This document shows, piece by piece, positions 12,241 through 24,765 of a DNA stretch of 64,000 nucleotides (position 1 is the stretch's first letter; each line of letters opens with the position of its first letter). A program made the position numbers and the translations under genes. This stretch comes from Centroscyllium fabricii (lineage: Eukaryota). The notes under the pieces were generated by a model. It worked only from the letters and a program-made list of their open reading frames with translations, did no database searches and was not told the DNA's origin. The DNA is taken from NCBI GenBank assembly GCA_051313645.2, contig JBNRSN020000022.1, positions 27,280,001 through 27,344,000 on the forward strand, written 5' to 3'.

Positions 12241-12643
12241 ACATAGAAACATAGAAGATAGGAGCAGGAGTAGGCCATTCGGCCCTTCGAGCCTGCTCCG
12301 CCATTCAATGAGATCATGGCTGATCATCCAAACCCAGTACCCCGCCCCTGCCCCCTCCCCATATCCCTCGATCCCTATCGAGCCTGCATCGACACATATC
12401 CCACCCTATCCCCGCAACCCCACACATTCAATCCCCCCAACATTAAGGGTCAATTTATCCTGGCCAATCAACCTAACCCGCACATCTTTGGACTGTGGGA
12501 GGAAACCGGAGCACCCGGAGGAAACCCACGCAGACACGGGGAGAATGTGCAAACTCCACACAGATAGTACCCGAGGCTGGATTTGAACCCAGGTCTCCAG
12601 TGCTGTGAGACAACAGTGCTAACCACTGGGCCACCGTGCCGCC
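12241..12643 (-). mobile_element. tRNA-derived V-SINE (HE1-like) with CR1-type tail
   Basis: A/B-box head, V-domain GTGGAGTTTGCACATTCTCCCCGTGTCTGCGTGGGTTTCCTCCGG and tail GGCCTACTCCTGCTCCTATCTTCTATGTTTCTATG, all on the minus strand. Confidence 0.9.
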
Positions 12644-14785
12644 TGCCGGGTTGTGCTAAACCACCATAGTGTGCCAGTGAGAGTCCATGTTGGCTGGATT
12701 ATAGCTACTGGACTCTCTCTCGTTCCCCCGTCCCTGCAATTCTGTGCAGATATGGTGTGGATTCCTTCAAGGTTTAAGGTGACTCCAAACTGTGATGGAT
12801 TCTGTTGTAAAAACATGACCAACTGTTGTCCAGGCAACAGACTCATTGTGGGTCTACTCTTTAAAGCTGCAATATGTTGCCTCAAATCAGTCTTCTTTAC
12901 CCATAACAGACTGCCACCACTTAATCAGATCAAACAGTTACTGTCATTTTATTTAAACAAATGCATCTAATTAATGCACTAAAGAGCCATCTGTGTATTT
13001 TCCTTCCATGTGAAGAATATGAAGGAAACTACAGGATGCAGCCAAGGTCAATTATCCGGCCTGTCCTCAATTTGGTGAAACCATTCATTCATTATTGTAT
13101 ATAGCGTCTTAATCTTAGAATTTAATTTTGTATTCCTTTATAGTATTTTAATGATGCAGGTTATTGTCCCTCCTATGAGCCATGGCTGAATTCAATATGA
13201 CACCATTAAATCATCATCAAGGCCTGCCCAATCAAGCTGAACCAATCACAATCAGATGTAAGAGACACCTTTGCGCTGCCAGCTTTTGGTCTAGAAGGTG
13301 GAAGGTGGAGATGTGTGATTGTGGGAGGTGGGGAAAGCGCAGGGGGAAATGTCAGCTATTTCTGAATCTAACCGGATGGTTGGCAAAAGATTATAATGGG
13401 CAACAGTAAGCTAAAAACTACATGCACAGACCCATGCCTTTCAAATTAAATAGTTCCATCAATTCTCCACATCTCTGAGCCGGTGAACTCAGTCGTATTG
13501 TGGGCAGGTGGGCGAGGTGCTTCCTCACAGGGAAAGGGGAAAGCAATCAGATGGAAAACCACATGGTGAGCCACTCCCACGTGCAAAATGGCATAGGTGT
13601 AGGCCTGGGATCAGGTTGTCTACCCACCATCTCAACCATAGGCTGCGCATGACCTGAGAGATGAGAGGCGGGAAGAGAAGAGTTTGTATCCTCCCAAACA
13701 TAAAGATGGTTTTCTACTCCCCCGAGCTATGCTGCCTATCAGTGCATTCATTCAGCTGATCCCAGGCTCCCATTATAAATAACTGCAATGAGATATTAAA
13801 TCTTAGCCTCCGCCTTCACCACAGACTTTCAACACATTCTGCCGAATTGGAAGTTTGGCTAACTCAAGGATCACCCTTAGAGGCAAGCAGACCATCCAAC
13901 TGCCGACTCAAGAAGTAACGCTGATGTGGGAATGAGTGTGAGGGGTGACTATAAAGGGGACTTGGGACCAGAAATGTGAGACTGAACGTGAAAGCGATTA
14001 CCAAATCAGCAGTTTGTTGTCAGTACTTCATGTGTTTCATTGAGGCTTATCTTCACGAACCAAAGAGATTGGATTGTGTGGATTTACTTCAGGTTGATCC
14101 ATCTTACACACAAGGTATAATATCAACACAACTGCAAAATCTATATGTGGAGGACTGCAGTTAAGCTTCTGCAATCAGCATTAGTTCAGTTATTAACAGC
14201 AATAAGCAGAAGCCACAGCCATAGGTGGATTATCTCAATTTTCCTGGGTCCAACATGCAAGTCTTTCTCAAGACCCAGATGCTGTATGCAACCTGCAGCT
14301 GATTCGAGATGGTGACTAGGCACGTACCTGTCTGCACAGCTCACTCACCTCCTCCGGAGGCACTGATTGTTGCTGGGGCACAGATCTTTGGGTGCCTGCC
14401 GCCCTCTTTTCTACCTCACCCCAAGGGTCCATTTTTCATGTGTGAACCTAGCCATGTGACAACAGACGGCATCACAGCCCAGCTTGCTCCTGCCCTTACC
14501 TGACAATCACATACACACTCCATCCAGGATTAATGAACGGCTGTCATGAGTGGCAGCCCATCGATGCATTATAATCCCTGCTGAATCTGCTTAGTTCTCC
14601 TGTCTGCTACGTTTGTGAGTCCAACCAATTACTCAGCATCTTAAATGGGACTACTGATAAACTGGGAACATTGGTGGATTACAGAGATGCCAACCCCTCC
14701 TTTTCTCATGGCCAGTGTCAATAGCTGAAAACTGCAGGAAACTGTATACGGAATACAGACCCACAACCGACAGGTTCTTTCAATG

Positions 14786-15258
14786 TTTAGGAAGGATGTC
14801 AAGACTATGAAGAATAGGTATGCTAAAATGATACCAGGAATGACGGGCTTTAATTATGAAAGACTGGAGAAACTGGGGTTCTTCTCACTATACTAGAGAA
14901 GGTTAACAGGAGATCTGCTAGAGATGTTCAAAATGATGAGGGATTTTGATAAGATAAATAGTGAAATCCTATTTCAACTAGCTGATGCGTCAGTAACTAG
15001 AGGACATAACTTTAAGATCATCACGAAAAGAATGAAAGGAGAGGCTAGAGGTTTTTTTTAACACAGACGGTTATTAGGATGAGGTTTGCACTTAAAGAAG
15101 CAGAATCTGTAAGAGGTTTTAAAAGGGAAGTGGATAAATATCTGAAAATTAAAGATATGGGGAAAGAACAGGTGAATAGGATTAATTGGACAGCTCTTTG
15201 AGAGAGCTGGCACAGGTGCAATGGGTTGAATTGCCTCCTTCTGTGCTGTAAAACTCTA
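14786..15258 (+). mobile_element. Decayed CR1 LINE 3' fragment
   Basis: Similar to 35771-36399 (RT C-terminal region) and ends in the tail GCCTCCTTCTGTGCTGTAA. Confidence 0.75.
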
Positions 15259-15259
15259 C

Positions 15260-15418
15260 GAGGTAGATATTTAACTGGTCGCCCGGGAGTAAAACTGGAG
15301 TTGTGGATCAGTCGCTTGTTCTAGATGATTTCAGTGGGAATCGGGTGGGCGCTACAACCGGCGGCCGACCCGCAACGCCAGTTTGGTGCTCGAGGGCGGC
15401 AAGTTGAACATCTACTCC
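15260..15418. mobile_element. About 155-bp MITE
   Basis: Terminal inverted repeats GTAGATATTTAACT / AGTTGAACATCTAC. Confidence 0.55.
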
Positions 15419-16276
15419 GCGACTCTATTTTGATTTACTGAGAAACAGCATGTCGGGCCCACTGACCTGCTTGGCAGTCTTAAAAGGCCACTCTGTCAAA
15501 ATGCACCATAAGTTGAAAGCTGCTGATTCAGAATACTGCTCTGTTCATTCGACACCAGTGTTCTGTCAGGGTGTTTAGTGCACCGTGACTTACATTAGGC
15601 TGTGCAAGCTCTAAAGTGGTGTCTGACATTCCAATTGGACAGCCTGTCAATATAATAATAAAGGTTGGCACAGCGTTGATGTACTGTCACGGCATGTCAC
15701 TTGGACAAGTAGTAAATAAGATTGGATATTCTTGAGTTTTTTCCTCTTCTTTTCTTCACTAGGCTCTGCTGTGACTCATGCTGAGGTAATGGCTGCACTA
15801 GTTGTGGAGGCCCTCTGGTAGTTCAACCAACTGGCCCTTCTTTACATGTGAGCCTCAACAGCAAGTGCCAGTAAGATAAGGGCGGCCTACACAGTCAAGC
15901 CTGATGCTCTCGGGCTGCACATGTGCGTGGGATGGCTACCAGGAGTAGAACTTGAAACTATTTTATCCTGGGATTCGCAGAGCTGCTGTTGCCACAGCTT
16001 AGGTCATTTATCTCAGCACAGACCAGGGATGGAAGCGGAGCCTTCCTGGTCTGTCTTGCAGTTAAATGTTGCCTTTACCCACTGGGGAGGTCCTGGATAT
16101 CATAATTAGGACTTGCGCTAAAAACCCTCGGCAGAACATCACTATTGCAATAAGATGTCATTGAGCCCAATAATAGACTGTTGAAAATTGGAATTGGAAG
16201 TCGGAATGATCCCCAAATGTTCAGACTGGGCAAAAGGATGATGTAAGATGGTATTCCTCAACTCTGTTGATTATTG

Positions 16277-16480
16277 TAAGAAGTCACACAACACCAGGTT
16301 ATAGTCCAACAGTTTTATTTGAAATCACAAGCTTTCGGAGTGAAGGACTTCACCTGACGAAGGAGCAGCGCTCCGAAAGCTTGTGATTTCAAATAAAACT
16401 GTTGGACTATAACCTGGTGTTGTGTGACTTCTTGCATTTGTCCACCCCAGTCCAACACCGGCACCTCCACATCATGGCTA
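16277..16480 (+). mobile_element. Penelope-like element insertion with perfect 63-bp inverted repeat and 13-bp TSD
   Basis: Arms at 16278-16340 and 16371-16433. TSD CTGTTGATTATTG at 16264-16276 and 16481-16493. Confidence 0.85.
16351..16385 (+). ncRNA. Minimal type-I hammerhead ribozyme motif (Penelope-associated)
   Basis: CAC-CTGACGA-AGGAGC-AGC-GCTCC-GAAAGCTT-GTG: conserved CUGANGA and GAAA cores, stem II, palindromic stem III and a short stem I. Confidence 0.7.
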
Positions 16481-16605
16481 CTGTTGATTATTGGAACGCG
16501 ATATATGTTAAAGACACTGGGTCCAGTGGAGACTCACATTCAATGATTTGCTTTAAAGTGAATCTGAAAATCTAATTTAACAGAACATTGCACTTCATAG
16601 TTTAA

Positions 16606-16673
16606 TTTAGGGATGGGCAATAAATGCTAGCCTGGCCAGCGACGCCCAGATCCCTTAAGCGAATAAAAAAAAA
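16606..16673 (+). mobile_element. 3' tail of the LINE family seen at 62186-63367
   Basis: TTAGGGATGGGCAATAAATGC...CAGCGACGCCC..ATCCC plus an A-tail matches the reverse complement of about 62190-62256. Confidence 0.7.
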
Positions 16674-18051
16674 TTGCAACCACAATCCCTTTCCCTGGGC
16701 TCTATCCCACATTGTGGAAAAATCTAACTGATGTCATTGTACTGTTTCACCACATGGGCAGCAAGGAGTCTTCTGACTACCTGCAGATTCCCTGGTGTGG
16801 GCAGACAACCGGTGGAAAATGGCCCCCTGGTTTGGGCAATCGAAAAGGTGCCAACACACTGGCACTCGTGTGGTGAGGTAAAATAAAATGACAAATATTA
16901 CAAAGTTGGACGTCTCCACAACATGGAGCTGCATGGCATTTGAGGGAGTGGCAAGATGGGCAGGCTTCTGGGGAGAGCAGTGAGACGGCAAAGATTGATC
17001 ATTTGTTATGCAAATGACTTCCCCTTTAAGAGATATGGGCTGTACTTTGTTCAATAAATGATTTGATTTCATTCTTGCTTTGCTATGTACCTAGAGGGCT
17101 GGAATTTTTTCTCTTAATGACTTTTAAATTTCTTCAAATAGAGGAGCTGAGCAGAGAGGATCGGCAAACATGAAGACTTGGAGTCAGTAAATCCTCATTA
17201 AATTAAGAAAAAAGGCCAAATTCAAACCTTTTGCCGATTTCTAGTCTTAATTACTGTCTAAATACAGCATAAAAGGCAGCTGAGCCGTGCTTTATTGAGC
17301 AAACTGTTGTCAGAAATCATCAGGGAGCTCTTTCGTTTTCTATCTTTTCTCCTCCTGTGTGCTGAATTATGGGACTGAGCGGGAACTGCGCCAAGAGCAG
17401 TAATAGCACCACAGAATATTTCAAATGACTGGCAGGTTTTTTTTTCTTCTCGCCGCTTCTGTTTTCTCTTTTTCGACTTGAAACTATTTAATTCCTTCGG
17501 CTGCATCCCTGCTGAGATTTCAGTTCCAACGCCCGCTTCCTCTTTATATTTGATCTTCAGTCTAAATGTCACTATTATAACCCACCAACGCTGCACAAAC
17601 ACAGACCGTCTGGTTTATGTGTGTGTGTGTGTGTGTTGGGGGGGGGTGACAGGGGAAGATGAGGTGAAGTAGATTATAAAACAGATTGCTCATGTTTTCC
17701 CTATGATGCCAATTTGCCACAGGACGTGTTCAATGAATATGGTCCAGTGTGCACTGGTGTGCCAAAGTGCTGTACCGCTGAGTGGAAGGATGTTATTTTG
17801 CGCCCTTTCCTGTCAGGTTGGGCTTCCTGCCTTACTTTTGTCATTGGGGAAAGAGAATACTAGAGGGTCAATCACCTCTGTATGTGTTTGTACATCTCCT
17901 AGTGCAATTACTTTTGAAACTGCACAGAGCAGAACTCACAGCTTCAATCGCCAACCAGTTGGTCTAATTGGTGTAAGTGCCCTCGACTAGGGAGGGTGAA
18001 AATCAGCCCATTTTCTGCTGCTGATAGATTTCCAATGACCTCTTTTGGAAG

Positions 18052-18420
18052 AAACATAGAAGGTAGGAGCAGGAGTAGGCCAATCGGGCCCCTCGAGCCT
18101 GCTCCGCCATTCAATGAGATCATGGCTGATCATCCAAACTCAGTACCCTGTACCTGCCTTCTCCCCATATCCCTTGGTCCCTTCAGCCTTAAGAAATACA
18201 TCCAGCTCCTTCTTGAATATATTCAATGAACTGGCCTCCACCGTCCTCTGTGGTAGAGAATTCCACAGGTTCACCACTCTCTGGGTGAAGAAATTCCTCC
18301 TCATCTCAGTCCTAAATGGTTTACCCCTTATCCTTAGACTGTGACCCCTGGTTCTGGACTCTCCGATCATCGGGAACATTCTTCCTGCAACAAGTTTGTC
18401 CAGACCAGTTAGAATTTTAT
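18052..18420 (-). mobile_element. CR1 (HER1-like) LINE 3' end
   Basis: ORF fragment SRTRGHSLRIRGKPFRTEMRRNFFTQRVVNLWNSLP. The 3' tail is shared with the HE1-like SINEs. Confidence 0.9.
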
Positions 18421-18986
18421 ACGTTTATAGAAGGTGTGTAGACCTTAGGTGAAGACAGAATTAGGCTTGGCTGTGATGTGCTCCATACTCAGACAGGCTG
18501 CTGACACCATCTAGGCTTACATATGAAAATCATACACTTAGGTGAGCTACCAGTCCATTTGCTACCATCATTTTTTCAGTGATGGCCTTCCTCCAGCTGG
18601 GAAGGTGGCAAAGATTTTGCTATAACCATCTTTGCTGTTGGTCTGAGATTCCCTCAAAGGCCTCTTTTAAATCCTTCCTATCCTTTGCTTCCCTTTCTCT
18701 CCCAGAAATGGAATACTTTAGTTCCACTTGGGACACCACCTGATGGCCCAGCTCAGGACAGACTAAAACAACGAGGCAGACAAACGGCCACTCTGCTCTT
18801 GGACCTCAGAGGCCCGTTCTTCTACCGGGTCAAGGGCGCAAGCACTCCCTGAACTGGAGAATCCACTTGTGCCATTTTGTAGCACAACTTACCAAGCTGT
18901 TTGCATCACGAGGAGTGAGATGCAAGAGACCACAACGAGGCTGCACTTTTCTTACTCCCTCTCCAGTCCTTTCTATGCCACACACT

Positions 18987-19783
18987 GGGGGGGATTTCAC
19001 CGGAAGTGCGGGAACCTGGCGGGGATTGGTCGGGGCGGGTTCCTGTCCCACCCGCCCAAAGACCTGGGAACCCCACGCAATTTTAATTTAATTGAGTAAT
19101 TAAATCCCTGCGGGCGGCAGCCGGTGGTAATTGAATCAATCAAGTCGGAGCTGTAGCCGGCTGCGAGGCGCTTGATTGACAGTTCCAGCACTGGTTGTTG
19201 ACAGTTCCCATGGAAACACTCCACTGTGACATCACAGTCGAGTGGAACCAATGGGAAAGCTCAGGTGCTGGTGACTGACAGGTGGGCGCGCGGGCTCCGA
19301 ATCCTTGACAGCTCAGCACCGGCTGTGAGGAAATGTGCAAAGCTGAGATTTCTCAGTTTTTGCCCACAGCTAGTGTACCCACCATGGAGTGACTAAGGTG
19401 CTGAAGGCCTGCAAAGCATTTTGCAGCATGTCCTTCAACACCTTGAAGGAGAAAGTAATGACCAGCGCTGTGATCCTGCTGGGTTTCACCAGCGGGATTT
19501 TAGGCTGGCGGGGTTAGGGTGTGAATGGCATGAAAATTTGGAAGGGCCCTTAAAATGGCATTACATATGCCAATTAAGGGCCCTTAATGAGGTGACAACC
19601 CATCCTCGCCGGCCGGCGGCGGGAAGGTTTCTGGGCGGGGAGCCAGGGCGGGGGAAAATGTCAAAGCGGCAGGGATCCGGCAAGGGGGGGGGGGGGGGGG
19701 TGGCGGGTCACGACCCGCCAGTTCCGCGATTTTGATGGCTGACCCGCCGAAAACCCCGCCTCACTGGGACATAAAAATCCCCC
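18987..19783 (+). mobile_element. MITE family A, copy 2
   Basis: Ends GGGGGGGATTT...AAAAATCCCCC, colinear with copy 1. Confidence 0.85.
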
Positions 19784-19800
19784 TTTCCCAGTAGAGAAGG

Positions 19801-20195
19801 GGGACGGCATGGTGTCATAGTGGTTAGCACTGTTGCCTTACAGCACTAGAGACCCGGGTTCAAATCCAGCCTCGGGTCCTATCTGTGTGGAGTTTGCACA
19901 TTCTCCCCGTGTCTGCGTGGGTTTCCTCCGTGTGCTCCGGTTTCCTCCCACAGTCCAAAGATGTGCGGGTTAGGTTGATTGGCCAGGATAAATTGACCCT
20001 TAGTGTTACGGGAATTGAATATGTGGGGTTACGGGGATAGGGTGGGATATGCGTCAGTGCAGGCTCAATAGGGATCGAGGGATATGGGGACAAGGCAGGA
20101 ACAGGGTACTGGGTTTGGATGATCAGCCATGATCTCATTGAAAGGCGGAGCAGGCTCGAAGGGCTGAATGGCCTACTCCTGCTCCTACCTTCTAT
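19801..20195 (+). mobile_element. tRNA-derived V-SINE (HE1-like)
   Basis: Head TGGTGTCATAGTGG...GGTTCAAATCC, then V-domain and CR1 tail. Confidence 0.9.
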
Positions 20196-20869
20196 AAAAA
20201 AATCTATAAAAAGATGACAAGTAGGTGACCCACTCCTAGGCTTCTACCAACGCTGCTCTCAAGCTGGCCGCTCGCAGACGGGCAACATTGTTGTGGGATA
20301 TCACAGCTTTTACTTTTCATGATTCAGAACTCATCACATAGGGAAACACAGGCTTTGGAGCTATGCTACCAGCTACTCCAGGTACACCAACACTCACATC
20401 TACAGGGGATCCATGGGTTGTTCTAGCTGTCAAAATGTGAGACACACAGAAAGGGATAATGTACAGTAGACACTCCACATCAGCTGGATTCGAAGGTTAC
20501 TATGCTATTGTGCACATTGTAAAAATGGAAGATAAACTGAACTGTCCATTTTCTGCCCTGTCCTACAGTTGGCCTCTTGCAGGGACGGTCTCTCTCTTTC
20601 ACCGTTCTCTCGCTCTCTCTTGCACACACACCTGTGCACCTAATTTGGATTCCAAGTGCTCTCCCACTGAGTCAACCAAGGGAAAGAAGCTGGAGAAATG
20701 GTGGGGGGGCAGTGGGGAGAAGGGAGAAGAGTGCGCTGGCTCAAAAGGTGAGGAATCACCTAACTTCTCTGTCTACCTAGGAATGAAATAGTGGTCATCA
20801 AAAGGAGCTGGATGATGTGAGTGGGGTAGATTGTTGAAGCCACCATCACCGTGTATGGCAGAATACAGG

Positions 20870-21455
20870 ACCATGGGCTGTATAGCAAGAGGAACAAGCA
20901 CAAATCTCAGGTAGTAATTCTGAGTTTGCGAGGAGCTTTGGTACCGGCCCACCTGGAGTACTGTGTGCAATCTGGTCACCATAGTGTGAGAAAGACATCC
21001 AGGAGCTGGAGCAGGTACAGCGAAGGGCAACTAATCTGATAGCTGGGATTAGGCATCTGAGCTCCGAGGAGAATTCTGCAAAAGCTGGGAATGTTTACAC
21101 TGGAGAAGAGAAAGCTCACAGGTAATCTTAATGAAGTATTCAAGATCCTAAAAGATATAAACAAGATAAAGATCAACATGTTTTTCACAGATTCTGAAAG
21201 TGAGCCTCAAACTTGGAAGAGGGAGAGTGAAAAGGCAGTTTATATTTAACTCCTTGACACAGAGGGTGGCAAATGTATGGAATGGTGGACTGCCGCAGGA
21301 GGCAGTGGAGGCTGAATAATTTGCTGCTACAAGAGGGCTGGGTAATTATCTGGAGAAAGGTGTGATAGAGGGGTATGAGAGATGATATTCCTTAGACACT
21401 GGGACTGCCCAGATGGACCGCAGTTCCGTTTTCTGGGCCTGCACATTCCTATTTG
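20870..21455 (+). mobile_element. Old decayed CR1 LINE fragment
   Basis: Remnant LVPAHLEYCVQ motif; colinear with 35771-36399. Confidence 0.7.
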
Positions 21456-22230
21456 TCGATAACTTTGTCGGTTCGGTCACATCCCGAAGACAGCATCCTG
21501 TGCTAAACCGCAAAGCTGCTCAATTTTCACCCCCCCCCCACACCCCCCACCCCCCGCGTGCACACAATCAATTTTTGAAAAGTGGGAACAATTCTAAAAT
21601 GATCTCAATGTGGGTAAGTTGCAATACAATAACTTTACTATTGCTATCTTGGGGGCAACTTGGAAGACAACAACACAGCCCCTTTTAAAGGCTGCCATTT
21701 TGGCACCATACCTCCCATTTCACCCGTGTTCACTTCAGTCCCACTTCACAAAATGTACCCCGAAATCCTTTCAGATGACATCATCTACAGCATACCTTCG
21801 CCTCCCCGCCCCTTCCCACACACAAAGTAGTCTCATCAGGTAGTTATTAGTCAGTGTAGTCCAGGAGTGAATAGTGCAATTAGGTGCCTGGCAGGCTCCA
21901 AGACCATCGTTAAACCTTGAACCCTCATTAAAGTGCAGCAGGAACACTGTCTTGTCATAGCATATTTTAGCGTGACCCAGCGGCATGCAGCGTGTTCTTT
22001 CATTCCATCATGCACCAGGCAACAGTGTACAAGCGCCAAGGTATCATCACCACAAGGCACAGCACATCACCAAAACAGAGTGGGGAAAAACTTTGGGATG
22101 CAAAAACGGGAGACCCACAGACTAGTGCAAATTATCTGAACTGTGCTGTGGGGTTTTAGTTTTTTTTTTATAAAAAGATTATTCATATGTAATGTGGGTT
22201 AAAAAAAGTAAAAAAGAAAAACACACCAAC

Positions 22231-22242
22231 CTTCTCGTAGCT
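22231..22242 (-). CDS. PTPRS: 12-nt microexon meB (E-L-R-E), Ig2-Ig3 linker
   Basis: Minus strand long pyrimidine-rich, AG-free tract ...catccctcag|AGCTACGAGAAG|gttggt, encoding the canonical ELRE. TGCATG motifs lie downstream at 22009-22014 and 21984-21989. Confidence 0.95.
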
Positions 22243-24014
22243 CTGAGGGATGTAGGGGGTTTGATGCGGAACACAATGACATGGGGAGAAGAGAAATAGG
22301 GGAAACACAGAGAGAGTAAAAAGGCCTCTTCAAGGCTTTTAGCTGCAACATCTACTCTCACTAACGACCTTTGACCTTTCCACCTAGATCTTCAAGAATC
22401 AATTTTTTTTGTGTGTCGTCTCAATAGTTAGTCCTTCTGAGGGAATTGATTTTTAACTCAAACAATTCCATTGATAAATCAAATTAAAAAATAAATAAAA
22501 ACTAACACAAGGCTGTTATACTTATATTATCTTAGAACACATAACTTAAACATTTCCTTTATTCCCTTTCATCTCTTTCACTTCTTCTGTCGGCTTCAGA
22601 ATTTTGACAGAAAGTTACTCAGAAATAAAGTTGCCACGAGCAGTTTTATCGTTTTTCCTGAAGTCTCGGCACTTGGACCCCCATCGCTCCCCACCACAGC
22701 GGCCTTCTTAAGGAAGTGAAAGAGATGCAGCTGTATTGTTCCCATCGCTGGCCAGGAACAACCGACTCGAACTCTGAACCTCTGCGCCAAGCGCGCGTCA
22801 GCCTGCAGCCCTCTGGACAAGGCCTCGAGCTACAAATTGACTGTGCGCTTGTTGCTCATGGAAAGGAGTCCGCTGTTCCCACACTGTGGCCACAAATCAT
22901 TTTTAAACACAGCAGAACCTTGTATGTCGCAGACTTGGGAGGAAAGCTCCGAGAGGGATCACATATCCATCCCCCTAACATTTTCAAAATTTTATATTCA
23001 AAATTAAAATTGCAGGAAAAAAAAATTCATTTGCATTATCTTCAATACGTCACCAATGACCTTTCACCTTTCCATCCAATTGGTATTTATTTCTTTCCCA
23101 ATATCATAACTTGTCTAATGGCACTAGTTCAAAGTAGAGTTTTTCCAAATTATTTTTCCTTCTAGTAAACCTCATCCGTGACCTTTGAACCCTCAGAGGT
23201 CAGACCTTCAGGAGGATGAAGCGACCATCAAGCAACAGTCCCCAACGCAAGGGTCAAACCGTTGCCTTCAAAAACCACTTCATCCTCTGAAGAGGGAGCT
23301 CAGGGGCATTGACAGTTTACAGGCACCAGGGGGAAAAAAAACAATTTTAACAAAACAGATTACTTTCTTATGCTATGAGTGCGACTTTACACATAAAGCA
23401 TGCAAGGAGGATAATATTTTTTAACAATCTGTATTCTGGTAAATTGACTGTCTGTGGAGTGAATTCATCACTCTCAGCTGGGAATGTTGATCTACTTACA
23501 GTGCAGCCATTATGTTAATATACTGCATTAATATTTCCCCTTTGTGTTGTCATTTCATCATTTTCAAATTATTAGTTGTTACAGCATAAGGAGAGGAAGG
23601 CCTGAAGCAGCTTTGCACTGTTCGAACAAGAGGAAGATGGAATCCATTAGGAATAAATGCGCAGGAAGAAAAAACCTCAGAGGCCACGCAGTCTCTGCCT
23701 TGCAAGCCAGGGGGCAGGGGTAGAGGGGCAATGATCCCTTTGTAGTCAAAAGATTTGCCTTCTGCTTCGAGGGCTCATTAGGGGGGTGTTTTGATGAGTC
23801 CCCACTCCCAGTGCAGAGGCCTCCCCTTCTGGAAGCATGAATCAGAAATGCGGGCAATGTACGGCAGAAATTTCTGATACGCGGCTCCAGTGGCCAAGGC
23901 GTCACACCAGAAGCACGGATTCATAACATTACCCCTTTTGTGCCAACTCTCACTCTAACATCCTTTCCCCATGGCCACGCCTCCATCAGTCTTCCCGTCT
24001 TTCTAAAACGTACA

Positions 24015-24765
24015 GGCCGAAATATTGGTCAGCGCACAATTTGTGGCGCTGATTTGGGCGATGCGCTATTTTTAGTGCCAGCGATGAAAATCCTGGTATT
24101 GGCTGCATCGCCCATTAGGGTTGGGCGGGCGATGAATCGGGTGGGCAGCCTCGCTCTTAGTGCGAGGTGGCCGAAAACCTGGGCGCGGGTGCCGCGCTGC
24201 GCGAGGGAGGCCACAGCGGCGGCCCGCAGAACGGCATGCCGGCCTCCCCCATTAAAGGGGAGGGGCGTAGCGCGGCTGCGGGTAGAGCACCGCGGGGCCG
24301 CCGAGGGACCGGGAGCCGCATAACGAGCCCGGCACTCGGGGGATGTGCTGGGCTCAGCTGAGGGAGGCCTGACCACGCCGGGGAACAGCGGGGGGGACCG
24401 GGGGAGGCCGAGGGGAAAGGTGCTGGCGGTCGGCCAGCAATAAAAATGGCCGACCGCCGCACTTCCCTTTAAGCAGCGCTCGAGCGCTGCTGCTACGGCC
24501 GGGGAAAGCTGGCGCGGGCAGCGCCCAGAGGCAAATCGGCCCAATTTCAGCCACACAGCACCTCACAGGCACTGCATGGCCTGATGACATCATTCCCGAT
24601 GTCCAGCTGGGCGCTAAATTCGTTGGGGCGCTACCAGTTAGCCCCCAACTTAACGGCCAGCTGAATTTAACGCGGGGCGCTATTTTTAGCGCTAATTTGA
24701 CGCCGCCCCATTAGCGCCCATTTTGGACGCTAATGGGCTGGCGCTAGAGTGCCAATTTTTCGACC
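24015..24765. mobile_element. PIF/Harbinger-like MITE, family B
   Basis: TIRs GGCCGAAATATTGG / CCAATTTTTCGACC with a 3-bp ACA TSD. The GC-rich body resembles 8928-9523 and 61566-62180. Confidence 0.85.

Noticed and set aside
19801-19880. tRNA gene
   Set aside because: It is the tRNA-derived head of a V-SINE, continuous with the V-domain and CR1 tail.
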